Notes: generated by a model from the sequence alone, not told the origin. A DNA stretch of 64,000 nt from Deltaproteobacteria bacterium (GCA_030694465.1 JAUXYJ010000103.1:155057-219056); one strand, 5' to 3'. Shown: positions 54,017-63,816, counted from the stretch's first letter. Numbers and translations are program-made.

Positions 54017-56362
54017 TTAGCGTCTGGGGCAATGGGACGTCGCCGGCCGCAAGAGCTCACTCATGCGCGAGCGGAGCTGCTCGGCGACCGCGGACTCTTG
54101 GCTGTACACATTGCGCCGCTCGGCCGCGTCGCGATCGAGCTGAAACAGCTCCCAGCTGTTGCGTGTCGCGTCGTGGAGGAGCTTCCACGGGGGCGCTACG
54201 AGCGCGAGGCTCGTCGGACGGAGATCTCCACCGGGGGACACATCTGCCGCGAGGGCACCACGCCACGGGATCTGCGCTTCGGGTGCGCTCTGAAGCAGCG
54301 GGACCAGCGACCTCGCGGGCGAGCGCAGCGTGGGCGTGCGGCCTACGTACGCGAGCGCGGTGGGATACAAATCCATCAACGAGACGAGGCTGCGACGCGG
54401 CCCCGGACGAATCCCCGGACCCCGCACTACGAGCACCACCCGCAGCGCCTCTTCGTGCGCGTCAAACGCGTGGTAATTTACACCGTGTTCGTTAAACGCT
54501 TCGCCGTGATCGCTGAACACCACGACGATGAGCGGGCGAGCCTCTGCGATGCGGTTGGCCGTGCGAAACAAGCGAGGCAAGAGCGAGTCTACGTGGGCGA
54601 TCTCTTCGTCGTAACGGTCGATCGGTTCGTGGCCGAAATCCCGAGGCTCTGTGCGATCGGTGTAGGGCTCGTGCGGATCGACCATGTGCACCCACAAGAA
54701 GAAGGGCCGCGCCTGACGACCCGCGTTGAGGAGCCAATCGCGCGCGTGGTCTACGGTCACGTACGCGGCATCTTTGAACCCGTTGCCCTGCTCGACCGTG
54801 TCAAATCCCTGAAAAAATCCAGCCGTTAGCGCGAAGTAGCTCGTGTTGGTGTAGGCCCCTGTCGCGTAGTTTTCTACGCGGAGCACCTCGGCGAGCATCT
54901 CGTTCGCGTCACGCAATGGCGGAAACTGCGGGTCGCGTCCCCAGCACAGGCTCGCCGGAGGGCGCCCTGAGAACGCGCTCGCGAACGCGCGGATGGTCTG
55001 CGGCGCCGTGGTGTACGCCTGATCAAATCGCGCGGCGTTCTGTGCGAATTCTCTGAGATTGGGCGTGGTGTCACGCGCGTATCCGTAGAGCGATGTGTGA
55101 TCCGGGCGCATCGTGTCGATCGAGATAAACAGCACCGAGGGGTGGTTGCTCGCGGGAGCGACGAAGGGCGCAGGGCGATCCTCGGGCGCGGGCACAGCGT
55201 CGAGCCCTGTGCAGTTTTCGTCCCGTCCATTGCCTGGAATATCTCGCGCGAGTGGGTTGATCCGAGGATCGCGGTCGTTGCAATCGCCCCCGCCAAAGTA
55301 CCGGCCGTAGCCATCATGGTCCGCGTCAGTCCAGCGCTGTAGCGTCGGAAAAATCTTTGAAGCGAGCAGCGACCGCTGAGTGATCGCGTCGGTAATCCAT
55401 GGGTTTTTTCCGAGCGTCATCGCGCTCAACCCAAACGCGACGACCACTGTGCTCGCCAGCACCCACGTCACCGAACGCGCGATCGTGGGTCGAGCTCTCT
55501 GCACCCACCGCAGCGCGAGCCCATAGCCCACCAAGCCCATCAGCGACAACCCGAGCGGGCGGAGGTCCAGACGACTTAGAACGTTTCGTCCTGCAAAAAC
55601 AGTGACCAATAGAGACAAGCCTGCGAGCGCTGCCACCACCAATCCCACTGCGCCTGGGCTCGCCCAGCGACGTCGCCGGGACAACGGGAGCTCGAGCATC
55701 ATGGCCGCGACCATGGCCGCGATCACCCCAAGCCCGAGCGACGCCACGCCCGCCGAGACGATCAGAATCGCAGCCAGCATGGGCGTCCGCACGCTCTGCA
55801 CGATGAGCACAGTGGCCCGCAGCGCGATGACTGCCGCAGTGAGCGTGCCAATCGAGGCCATCACCACACGCAGGGCGCCACGTTGGTCCTCGGCGAACCA
55901 TCGCGCGGGGCCCTCAAGAAAATAGGCACGCGCGCGCTGCACCGAGCCTCGACGAAGCGAAGAGAAAACCGCAATGGCGTGCAAAATCCCTAGCATAGAG
56001 CCCAAGGGGGCGATCGCACCGAGGGCATACGCGAGCAGCCACCCCAGCCCACTCGCGCGACGCTCAAACGCCGAGGTCCGCGCAAAGGCAACGAGTGTGT
56101 CTGTAAGCGCGAGCGCGCACGAGACGCCAAGCGCGGCGCTCACATGGGCCAAGAGCAACACGCGCAGGGTGGGCGGCTCGATCGCAGTGGGCGTCTCGGA
56201 CGACGCGGTCGTGGGAGCAGATGTCACGGTAAATCGCTGGATCGCAGAGAGCTGCGCAGACGCGTTCGACACTAGCGCGAATCGACAGCGCGATGCGTAG
56301 TCATTTGTCGCATCGGTGGGTGCTCTGCGCGGCAACGCGAGTACACTGCCTGCACCTTTCAT
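54017..56362 (-). CDS. membrane-anchored sulfatase-like (alkaline-phosphatase superfamily) hydrolase/transferase
   Basis: At least 8 N-terminal TM helices. C-terminal domain with SIDTMRPDH metal-binding motif and a TTAPQT putative Thr nucleophile region (LtaS/EptA/arylsulfatase-like). The exact start is uncertain. Confidence 0.75.
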   Translation of the reverse strand: MKGAGSVLALPRRAPTDATNDYASRCRFALVSNASAQLSAIQRFTVTSAPTTASSETPTAIEPPTLRVLLLAHVSAALGVSCALALTDTLVAFARTSAFERRASGLGWLLAYALGAIAPLGSMLGILHAIAVFSSLRRGSVQRARAYFLEGPARWFAEDQRGALRVVMASIGTLTAAVIALRATVLIVQSVRTPMLAAILIVSAGVASLGLGVIAAMVAAMMLELPLSRRRRWASPGAVGLVVAALAGLSLLVTVFAGRNVLSRLDLRPLGLSLMGLVGYGLALRWVQRARPTIARSVTWVLASTVVVAFGLSAMTLGKNPWITDAITQRSLLASKIFPTLQRWTDADHDGYGRYFGGGDCNDRDPRINPLARDIPGNGRDENCTGLDAVPAPEDRPAPFVAPASNHPSVLFISIDTMRPDHTSLYGYARDTTPNLREFAQNAARFDQAYTTAPQTIRAFASAFSGRPPASLCWGRDPQFPPLRDANEMLAEVLRVENYATGAYTNTSYFALTAGFFQGFDTVEQGNGFKDAAYVTVDHARDWLLNAGRQARPFFLWVHMVDPHEPYTDRTEPRDFGHEPIDRYDEEIAHVDSLLPRLFRTANRIAEARPLIVVVFSDHGEAFNEHGVNYHAFDAHEEALRVVLVVRGPGIRPGPRRSLVSLMDLYPTALAYVGRTPTLRSPARSLVPLLQSAPEAQIPWRGALAADVSPGGDLRPTSLALVAPPWKLLHDATRNSWELFQLDRDAAERRNVYSQESAVAEQLRSRMSELLRPATSHCPRR

Positions 56363-56364
56363 TC

Positions 56365-57285
56365 ATGAAACGATTTCGCAATCTCGATGATCTCGAGCAC
56401 GAGCGTTCGATCCAAGGTGTGTTGCGCTGGCAGCTTGAGCGTGCGCAACAAAAGCGACTGATCGGGACACCCGCTTCGGTCGTCGACAACGACGGATCAC
56501 TGCTCAAGGGCGCGCCTAAGGCCAGCCTCACTTGGCTCGGTCACGCGAGCTGGCTCGTCCAGATCGCGCAGACCAGCGTGATGATTGACCCGGTACTCTT
56601 TGCGAGGATCGCGCTGACGGTGCAGCGGCACGCAGGACCCGGGCTCACGCTCGCGCAGCTCCCGACGATCGACGCGGTGCTCATCACGCACAACCACATG
56701 GATCACATGGACGCGCCCTCTGTGATGGCCCTCGCCAAGCAGTGTCCGTGGGCGACTTTTGTGGTGCCCGAGGGGCTGCGTCCCTGGTTTGTGCGCCACG
56801 GGATCGAGCGCTCGGTCGAGCTGCCGTGGTGGTCTTCGACCAAGGTGGGGGGCGTAAAGATCCAAGCGGTCCCATCGCAGCACTGGTCTCGCCGAGGGCT
56901 GCTCGACGAAGACCGCACGCACTGGTGTGGCTACGTGATCGAGGGGGACGGAAGGCGCGTGTATCACACCGGAGATACCGCTTATTTCACTGGATTTTCA
57001 CAGATCGCCGCGCGGGTGGGTGCGATCGACGCTGCGATGCTCCCGATTGGCGCGTACGAGCCACGCTGGTTTATGCGATCGCAACACATGAACCCCGACG
57101 ACGCTGTGCGCGCCTTCGAAGACCTCCGCGCGACGCGCTTTGTCGCGATGCACTGGGGCACGTTTATGCTCACCGACGAGCCCCTCGACGAGCCCCCGAA
57201 AGCACTGGCTCGCGCGTGGAAATCCCATGGAATTACCCAAGCCAATCCCGAGATTCCCGCCATCGGAGAGACGCTGTGGCTCTGA
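56365..57285 (+). CDS. MBL-fold metallo-hydrolase (NAPE-PLD-like)
   Basis: TWLGHASWLVQ… and ITHNHMDHMD (the H-x-H-x-D-H motif), plus a downstream His/Asp. Confidence 0.8.
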   Translation: MKRFRNLDDLEHERSIQGVLRWQLERAQQKRLIGTPASVVDNDGSLLKGAPKASLTWLGHASWLVQIAQTSVMIDPVLFARIALTVQRHAGPGLTLAQLPTIDAVLITHNHMDHMDAPSVMALAKQCPWATFVVPEGLRPWFVRHGIERSVELPWWSSTKVGGVKIQAVPSQHWSRRGLLDEDRTHWCGYVIEGDGRRVYHTGDTAYFTGFSQIAARVGAIDAAMLPIGAYEPRWFMRSQHMNPDDAVRAFEDLRATRFVAMHWGTFMLTDEPLDEPPKALARAWKSHGITQANPEIPAIGETLWL

Positions 57286-57938
57286 TCTTTGACACGGGCT
57301 CTGAGACTCTCAACCAGAGACTCAGGGCCCTCACGCCGAGTGTCCACGCGGCCTGCGAGGGCGCAGACAGCGCGCATGACCTCGCCCACGTCGAGCGCGT
57401 CACACGCAACGCGCAGAGGCTCTCGCGCGCGACCGGCGCACGGACAGAGATCTCGGTGACCGCGGCGCTGTTGCACGAGCTGTTTAACTACCCCAAAGGG
57501 CACCCAGACTCGCGCAATTCGGGACACGTGTGCGCGCAGCACGCGAGCGCACTTTTGACCCAGCACGCGTGGGATCAAGAGACCATCACGCAGGTGCATT
57601 ACGCCATCGCAGTGCACCCGTTCTCGCTCGGCGTGGTGCCAACAACGCTTGAGGCCCAGGTGCTCCAGGACGCCGACCGACTCGACGCCATCGGAGCCAT
57701 CGGGATCGCGCGATGCTTTGCCACCTGCGCCGCGATGGGCCGACCCTTTTATGACCCAGACGACCCGTGGAGCGAGCACCGCGCGCTCGATGACAAGCTC
57801 TGGGGCGTCGATCACTTTGCGCTGAAGTTAGACAAACTCGCGGGCTCCATGCACACCGAAGCGGCGCGCGAGATGGCACACGCGAAGAGCGCTTTTATGA
57901 GTGAATTCCTGGCGCAAATGCGCGCAGAAGTTGGGTAG
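57272..57938 (+). CDS. HD-domain phosphohydrolase
   Basis: HD-domain motif pattern (H…HD…H…D: AHDLAHVERV, LHELFNYPKGH, LQDADRLDAIGAIG). The start is assigned to the GTG at 57272, overlapping the upstream stop. This is uncertain. Confidence 0.65.
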
Positions 57939-57986
57939 CGAGCCCGCACAATCGGGCGGTCTCAGATGCAAGCGCGAAAGCAGTGA

Positions 57987-58014
57987 TTGACAAGCGGGGG
58001 ATGTTTGTTAGTTT
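57987..58014 (+). promoter_or_regulatory. putative sigma-70-like promoter for tRNA-Ser (TTGACA-16-TAGTTT)
   Basis: TTGACA at 57987–57992 and TAGTTT at 58009–58014 with a 16-nt spacer, 16 nt upstream of the tRNA 5' end. Only a sequence match. Confidence 0.4.
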
Positions 58015-58030
58015 CCGCGGCCCCTTCGTT

Positions 58031-58120
58031 GGAGAGCTGTCCGAGTGGTTGAAGGAGCCTGACTCGAAATCAGGTGTACCGGTAACGGTATCGGGGGTTC
58101 GAATCCCTCGCTCTCCGCCA
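58031..58120 (+). tRNA. tRNA-Ser (anticodon CGA), CCA encoded
   Basis: GGAGAGC acceptor stem, long variable arm, anticodon loop CUCGAAA, T-arm GGTTCGAATCC, 3' GCTCTCC-G-CCA. Confidence 0.85.
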
Positions 58121-58243
58121 ACGAAGTGTTTGTCGCTCGCGGCACGCGCTTTGTTTGCACGTTTTCTGTCCTGGGTTGTCCTTCTGCGCGCCAAAGCCCT
58201 CGTTTGCTCGCGCTGGACCCACACAGAGTCTCAAAAGTTCTCT

Positions 58244-58330
58244 GGAGAGCTGGCCGAGTGGTCTAAGGCGCAGCACTGGAAATGCTGTGTACGGGGAACC
58301 GTACCGAGGGTTCGAATCCCTCGCTCTCCG
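58244..58330 (+). tRNA. tRNA-Ser (anticodon GGA)
   Basis: Same acceptor/T-arm as the first copy, anticodon loop CUGGAAA, long variable arm. No encoded CCA. Confidence 0.85.
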
Positions 58331-58530
58331 CCCAATATCCCCTCCTTTTGCCTCACCCCCGCTTCACCACGGGCCCTGAGCGCGCTGGGATCCCACCACA
58401 GACCGTGGTAGGCACTCTCCCCTATTGGCCTCGTAGCCCTGAATCCCACGCCGCCGTGGCCCTCACGGGCGCACTTCGCCGCAGGATTCTCCTACGCATC
58501 TCACTTTTGCCCCGAGGACCTCCCCTCCCT

Positions 58531-59055
58531 GTGCGAACCATCCCACTCTCGACCCTCGCGCTCACCCTCTTGGCCGCATGCAACCGCGCTCCCCCCGAGC
58601 CCCCGGTTGTATGGCCTGCAGAGACCCCAGCGCCCCCCGGAGCGCCCGGACCGGGCACGCAGACCCGGAGTGGCACCCCGCCCACGACGCCGCCCACTGT
58701 GACCGTCCCCTCGGGCGACAAGCCCACGACCCTCCGCACGCGAGACCTCATCGTGGGCACCGGCGCCGAGGCCACCAACGGGCGCACCATCCGCGTGCAA
58801 TACACCGGCGTGGCTTGGTCGACCCGGCGCAAGTTCGACTCGTCGTGGGACCGCGGCGGCGACCCCTTCTCGTTTACGCTCGGCGCCGGCGGAGTCATCC
58901 CAGGCTGGGACCGCGGCGTGCTCGGCATGCGCGTTGGCGGCCGTCGTGAGCTCGTAATCCCGCCCGATCTTGGCTACGGCGAGCGCGGCGCAGGCGCAGA
59001 CATCGGCCCCAACGAGACGCTCGTCTTTGTGGTCGACCTCGTCTCGGTGCAATAG
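58531..59055 (+). CDS. FKBP-type peptidyl-prolyl cis-trans isomerase, lipoprotein
   Basis: GTG 58531. Lipobox LTLLAACN. Canonical FKBP domain (V.Y.G…G..FDSS…PF.F.LG.G.VI.GWD.G..GM.VGG.R.L.IPP.LGYG). Confidence 0.9.
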   Translation: MRTIPLSTLALTLLAACNRAPPEPPVVWPAETPAPPGAPGPGTQTRSGTPPTTPPTVTVPSGDKPTTLRTRDLIVGTGAEATNGRTIRVQYTGVAWSTRRKFDSSWDRGGDPFSFTLGAGGVIPGWDRGVLGMRVGGRRELVIPPDLGYGERGAGADIGPNETLVFVVDLVSVQ

Positions 59056-59057
59056 CC

Positions 59058-59576
59058 TCAACCCGGCGCGAGCTCACCCGGGATCAACATCATTTCGAGC
59101 ATCGTGACGCGAAACCCAAGCCTCGCGAACAACGCCTGCCCTCCTGCGTTTTGTGCGGCCGTGTGCAAAAGCACCCGCGTCGCGCCCCGCGCACGCATCC
59201 TCTCGACAAACGCCCGCACCAGCGCCTCTCCGACGCCCGCTCGTCGCGCGCGCTCGTCCACAAAGAGGTCGTGCAACACCGCGCTCTCGTCGAGCAACAG
59301 CTCCCAATTGCGCGGCTCACGGCGCCCGAACGCGTAGCCCATCAACGCACTCTGCCCTGCAATTTCGGCCACCAACACGACACTCGCGTCGTTGGCCATC
59401 TCGCCCTGCAGGTAGCGCGCATACCCCTGCTCGATGGACTCTCCCGCGCGCAAAAACCGCGCAGCGTCCCACGCGTGATGGAGCCTCACGAGCTGCGCCG
59501 CGAGCACGCCAAGCTCCGCAAGATCCCCCGCTGTCGCAGGCCGCACACGCACGCTTGTTTCGGTTTGCTCAGTCAT
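59058..59576 (-). CDS. GNAT family N-acetyltransferase
   Basis: Acetyl-CoA-binding motif …RRAGVGEALVRAF…ARGATRVLLHT…. Confidence 0.75.
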   Translation of the reverse strand: MTEQTETSVRVRPATAGDLAELGVLAAQLVRLHHAWDAARFLRAGESIEQGYARYLQGEMANDASVVLVAEIAGQSALMGYAFGRREPRNWELLLDESAVLHDLFVDERARRAGVGEALVRAFVERMRARGATRVLLHTAAQNAGGQALFARLGFRVTMLEMMLIPGELAPG

Positions 59577-59666
59577 GGTTGTCCGCGCACAAAGTAGCAA
59601 CCCCCAGCGTTCGTCGCATTCGAGTGCACAGAGACTCTGCACAATTGCGCTACTCTGCGAGGCGCC

Positions 59667-60464
59667 ATGGCCCGCTTACCGAATGCAGCTCACGATCGCT
59701 CACGCCTGACCTTTTGGCGCGATGACCAAGGCCTCTCGACCACCGAATACATTATTATTCTCGCGCTCATCGCGATCGGTGCCGTCGCAGCGTGGCGTGG
59801 CTTTGGCGCCCGCGTCCGCACCCGCGTCGCGCAAGGGAGCGCCGCGGTAGACACGCTCCAAGCCGGCATGGGCGGCGCAGGCGCGGGCAACGCCAACGGC
59901 AGTGGTGGCGGATCAGCCAACGGAAACGGCGCGGGCGGTGCCAACGGAAGCGGTGGGGACCCCGGCAATGGCGCGGGTGGCGCTGGCAACGCGGGTGGCG
60001 CGGGTGGCGCTGCGGCAGGCGCAAACGGCGCAGCAGGTGCAGGCGCAAACGGAGCAAACGGTGCAAACGGTGCAAACGGTGCAAACGGCACAAACGGCGG
60101 GGGCGCTGCGACCCAAACCGAGCACAGCAACGTCACCACGGGCGGAGCCAATGACGGCGACGCAGGCATCGCGGCGCTCGAGGCCCAAGAGGCCGAGAAG
60201 CTCCGCACGCGGAGGCTGATGGCGTTTGGCGTCGCGGCGCTCTGCATGCTGATCTTGATCGGCATCGCCGTGCGCAACGCCTACGTAGCCAAAAAGATCC
60301 GCGAAGACGCCGAGCGCGAGCGCAACGAGGCGCACGACGCGGGCACGTACAACCTGCAAGGCGCCGCGGGTGGCGGAGGCGGTGGCCCTCCGGTCCATGG
60401 CGCGGGCGGCGACGACGGTGGCTCACGCATGAGCCTCGCGGATATCACGATCCCCCCTCCGTGA
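59667..60464 (+). CDS. Flp/Fap-type pilin-like protein with long Gly/Ala/Asn-rich C-terminal extension and second TM segment
   Basis: The N-terminus ends in …DQG/LSTTEYIIILALIAIGAV, fitting the Flp prepilin cleavage consensus G/XXXXEY followed by a hydrophobic helix. The 265-aa length is far above typical Flp (50–80 aa). It contains a (GAN)n repeat and a C-proximal TM (LMAFGVAALCMLILIGIAV). Confidence 0.5.
   Translation: MARLPNAAHDRSRLTFWRDDQGLSTTEYIIILALIAIGAVAAWRGFGARVRTRVAQGSAAVDTLQAGMGGAGAGNANGSGGGSANGNGAGGANGSGGDPGNGAGGAGNAGGAGGAAAGANGAAGAGANGANGANGANGANGTNGGGAATQTEHSNVTTGGANDGDAGIAALEAQEAEKLRTRRLMAFGVAALCMLILIGIAVRNAYVAKKIREDAERERNEAHDAGTYNLQGAAGGGGGGPPVHGAGGDDGGSRMSLADITIPPP
60045..60098 (+). 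repeat. tandem 9-bp repeat (GCAAACGGN)×6, in-frame (Gly-Ala-Asn)n
   Basis: Direct reading of six consecutive units: gcaaacgga, gcaaacggt ×3, gcaaacggc, acaaacggc. It lies within the Flp-like CDS. Confidence 0.8.
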
Positions 60465-60483
60465 GCGACGCCACAATACGTGG

Positions 60484-61905
60484 TTATTCGCTGCGCTTGA
60501 CGTACTCGAACTCGATCGGGCGGCCCTTGATTCCGTGCTTGGGGGGCGCAATCCAGTTGGCCATTTTGCCCGGCTCGAAGACGGGCTTGGTCATCAGACT
60601 CTTCACGTAGGCTTCGTCCTCGGGGCTCGGGAGCCACTCGTTTTTGTGCGCGTTAAACTCAGCCTCGGTGATGATCTTGCCTGCGGGATCGAAGTGAATC
60701 CCTGCATAAATCCCGGACTGACGGTGAAAGCGTGAGCTCGGCAACGTGAGCGCAAAGTTCACGCCACGCTCAGCGAGCAGGCGGTTCCACTTGTCCACGC
60801 CGCGCTGGCTGTCTTCGATGTACTCGCCGCGCAAGACCTCGTTCATGGCGTTGCGCATCGGGACCGCTTCGTCGACAAGACGACCGTCTTTGACCATCGT
60901 GAGGGTCATGGTCTGATCGAGCGCGATGTGGTCCTCGTAGCGGTCTTCTTTGGCGCGGCCCTTGAGTCCACCTGCGAAGAAATTCGCAGCGTTTGAGCTG
61001 ACTTCACCACCGAAGAGATCCAACGAGACGCTGTACCAACGGTTGAGATATCTCTGGATCGTCGGGAGATCAATCCCGCCCTGCGCACGCGCATCTTGGT
61101 TGGGGTCCTGCGCCATCAGCTCGCACGTGCGATCCAGCACACGGAGCACGCCGGTCTCGCCCACAAACATGTGATGCGCTTCTTCGGTGAGCATAAACCG
61201 CGTGGTGCGCGCGAGCGGATCAAACGAGCTCTCGCTGAGCGCGAGCAGCTGATACTTGCCATCGCGGTCGGTGAAATACGTAAACATAAAGAAGCTCAGC
61301 CAGTCTTGGCAGGGCTCGTTAAAAGCCCCGAGAATCCTGGGCTTATCGTCTGCGCCCGAGCGCCGATCCAAGAGCCCGTCTGCCTCTTCGCGGCCATCAC
61401 GACCAAAGTACGTGTGGAGCAAATAGACCATGGCCCACAGGTGCCGCCCCTCTTCGACGTTGACCTGAAACAGGTTGCGAAGATCGTAGAGCGACGGGCA
61501 CGTGAGCCCAAGCAATCGCTGCTGTTCAACGCTCGCGGGCTCGGTGTCTCCCTGGGTCACAATCAACCGCCTGAGCGCGTTGCGGTGCTCGCCCGGAATC
61601 TGTTGCCACACGGGCTTGCCGTAGTGATCTCCGAAGCCAATCGTGCGGTCCTTGATGGGATCGGTCAGAAAGATTCCCCAGCGATAATCCGGCATTTTGA
61701 CGTAGTCAAAGTGCGCCCACCCGTCGGGGCTCACGCTGACCGCCGTGCGAAGATAAATCTGGTCTTCTTGAAAGCCCTCGGGGCCCATTTCTTTCCACCA
61801 GTCGACAAAGCGCGGCTGCCACTCTTCGAGCGCGCGCTGCAAGCGCTTGTCACTGGTGAGATCCACGTTGTTAGGGATCTTCTCGTTGGTCGCGATTGAG
61901 CTCAT
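60484..61905 (-). CDS. boxB: benzoyl-CoA 2,3-epoxidase (oxygenase) subunit B
   Basis: Near-collinear with BoxB as I recall it (…EKIPNNV.L…LQRALE.WQP…YLRTAVSV.P.GWA.F.YVKM.DYRWGIFL…VTQGDTEPASVEQQR.LGLT.PSLYDLRNLFQVNVEEGRHLWAMVYLLH…). A di-iron enzyme of correct size (473 aa). Confidence 0.85.
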   Translation of the reverse strand: MSSIATNEKIPNNVDLTSDKRLQRALEEWQPRFVDWWKEMGPEGFQEDQIYLRTAVSVSPDGWAHFDYVKMPDYRWGIFLTDPIKDRTIGFGDHYGKPVWQQIPGEHRNALRRLIVTQGDTEPASVEQQRLLGLTCPSLYDLRNLFQVNVEEGRHLWAMVYLLHTYFGRDGREEADGLLDRRSGADDKPRILGAFNEPCQDWLSFFMFTYFTDRDGKYQLLALSESSFDPLARTTRFMLTEEAHHMFVGETGVLRVLDRTCELMAQDPNQDARAQGGIDLPTIQRYLNRWYSVSLDLFGGEVSSNAANFFAGGLKGRAKEDRYEDHIALDQTMTLTMVKDGRLVDEAVPMRNAMNEVLRGEYIEDSQRGVDKWNRLLAERGVNFALTLPSSRFHRQSGIYAGIHFDPAGKIITEAEFNAHKNEWLPSPEDEAYVKSLMTKPVFEPGKMANWIAPPKHGIKGRPIEFEYVKRSE

Positions 61906-62034
61906 CGATGCTCTCCTCGAAAGGGTTCAGTGCAATGTTACAGGGCTGCATCACCGTGCCTACGCGCCGCGCAGGCCCCACGCTCTACGATGCCGTCGGC
62001 ACACGCTGCGTGTCACAAGAAGCAGCAAAAATGC

Positions 62035-63705
62035 TCACGTACGGCGCCAGTCAAACTCGGGTCGCTCGGGCTGTCCGTACATGGTCAGCGCGCCGCGAGG
62101 GCCCGTCGAGTTCGGTCGCGTAAAGATCCAGTTTTGCCACGCCGACAGGCGCCCAAAGATCTTGGTCTCTAGGGTCTCAGGGCCGGCGTAGCGTAGCGAA
62201 GCTTCCATCCCAGTGAGCGCGTCGGGGCTGATCGAAGCGCGCTCTTCAATGGCCAACCGCACCTCGTCGTCCCAGTCAATCGCGTCGGGCGCCAGCGTGA
62301 CGAGCCCGACCTTCTCGGCCGCACGTGCGTCGTAGATCGAGCACTCTGCGAGCAATTTTGCAGGTCTTTCGGGATCATGCAGAAATCGTGTCTGCAGACG
62401 GCTCAGCCCGTTGGACATCAAGAACGCGCCCCCGTTGAGCGCAGAGAGCTGCACCGTCGCAGGCGACTCAGCGTCGGGATCATCGCGGTGATACGTACGA
62501 TCCGCAGCGAGGCTCAGCTCGAAGAGCGAGCCCACAAAGCACGAGCCCTCGCGCACAAACGCGAAGATCGACCGCGCGCTCTGGTCCAAACGCTTGAGCA
62601 CGCGACGCTGAAACAACAGCACCTCGTGCACAAATCCGTCGTCGCGCGAGGCAAACATCGCCGCGTCCGAGCTGAGCACTTTCGCAGGGTCGCCCTCGGT
62701 TTCGAGCAGCAAGAGCCCAATGGTCTCGTGGTTGAACCGAAGATTCAGGAGCGCGTCGTCGAGCTCGCGAAAGGCACGCAGCGCCCACAGCGCGTTGCCC
62801 TGCTCGCGGAGCGCCGTGGCTCCCGTGGGCGTGTCCGTCGTGGGCGCACGCACAGTGATCCGAGCGACATGTGCGGCCTGATCGATCTGCAACGTGACAT
62901 GACGATAGTCTGCTCCGTCGCTGCGATACGTCGCACCCAAGGGCTCGAGGACGAGCCCCTCCCAGTCACTTACACGCGTCGATTGGGCCACCAGGGTCTG
63001 CACATGCGCGTCCACTGTCGCGACAAACTTCGACCGCGGGACCACCTTGTCGACGAGGTTCCATTGCGCGGCGCGCGGCCCGCGGATTCCCTCGGCGAGC
63101 GTGCAAAACACGTCCGCCAAATCACGACGCACCTTGCGCTTGTCCACCAGCCGCGTGAGCCCGCCGGTCCCCGGCAACACCGCTAACAACGGCACCTCGG
63201 GCAGAGACACCGCGCTCGACCCATCATCGCTCAGATAGATCTCATCGCACGCGAGCGCGAGCTCGTAGCCCCCACCCGCACAGGGACCATTGACCGCGCA
63301 CAGGGTCTTTACGCCACCCTCGGCGCTGAGCTCTTCGAGACCCAAGCGCGTCTCGTTGGTGTACTTGCAGAAGTTCACCTTAAAGGGATGCGTCGACATG
63401 CCCAGCATGTAGATGTTGGCACCCGAGCAAAACACCCGGTCTTTGCCGCTCTGCACCACCAGGGTCTTCACCGCGGGGTGCTCAAATCGCAGGCGCTGGA
63501 TCGCGTCGGCGAGCTCAATGTCCACGCCCAGATCGTACGAGTTGAGCTTTAACGGATAGCCAGGCCGCAGCCCGCCGTCTTCGTCAATGTCCATGCTCAA
63601 TCGTGCGACCGCGCCGTCTACGGCAAGCTTCCAGTGCTTGTATCGGCTGGGGTGCGTCTCGAATCGAATGGGCTCTTGCCCGTGCGGGGTCACTGTGTCG
63701 GCCAT
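62035..63705 (-). CDS. boxC: 2,3-epoxybenzoyl-CoA dihydrolase (crotonase superfamily, double-domain)
   Basis: 556 aa, matching the BoxC size. The N-terminus …YKHWKL…ARL.MDIDEDGGLRPGY.LKLNSYDLGVD.EL.DA… and two enoyl-CoA hydratase-like halves. It lies directly upstream of boxB. Confidence 0.85.
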   Translation of the reverse strand: MADTVTPHGQEPIRFETHPSRYKHWKLAVDGAVARLSMDIDEDGGLRPGYPLKLNSYDLGVDIELADAIQRLRFEHPAVKTLVVQSGKDRVFCSGANIYMLGMSTHPFKVNFCKYTNETRLGLEELSAEGGVKTLCAVNGPCAGGGYELALACDEIYLSDDGSSAVSLPEVPLLAVLPGTGGLTRLVDKRKVRRDLADVFCTLAEGIRGPRAAQWNLVDKVVPRSKFVATVDAHVQTLVAQSTRVSDWEGLVLEPLGATYRSDGADYRHVTLQIDQAAHVARITVRAPTTDTPTGATALREQGNALWALRAFRELDDALLNLRFNHETIGLLLLETEGDPAKVLSSDAAMFASRDDGFVHEVLLFQRRVLKRLDQSARSIFAFVREGSCFVGSLFELSLAADRTYHRDDPDAESPATVQLSALNGGAFLMSNGLSRLQTRFLHDPERPAKLLAECSIYDARAAEKVGLVTLAPDAIDWDDEVRLAIEERASISPDALTGMEASLRYAGPETLETKIFGRLSAWQNWIFTRPNSTGPRGALTMYGQPERPEFDWRRT

Positions 63706-63744
63706 CTCACCTCTAGGGCTAGCACCCAGATCGCTCGCAGCGCA

Positions 63745-63780
63745 AGCAGTATACTGCTAGCGTCTGCAACGAGACATGCA
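63745..63780. promoter_or_regulatory. candidate operator region in boxC–regulator divergent intergenic (AGCAGTATACTGCT palindrome; TGCA-N8-TGCA)
   Basis: There is a 14-nt perfect palindrome at 63745–63758 and TGCAACGAGACATGCA at 63765–63780. This low-GC region sits between divergent start codons. Confidence 0.35.
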
Positions 63781-63816
63781 GTTTACTTCCTATGGGCTCT
63801 CTTCTGAGGGCGCACC

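Noticed and set aside
56742-57271. Upstream extension of the HD-domain ORF overlapping the MBL-fold gene
   Set aside because: The extension is in a different frame across the well-supported MBL gene and is Arg-rich. The HD domain starts near 57272.
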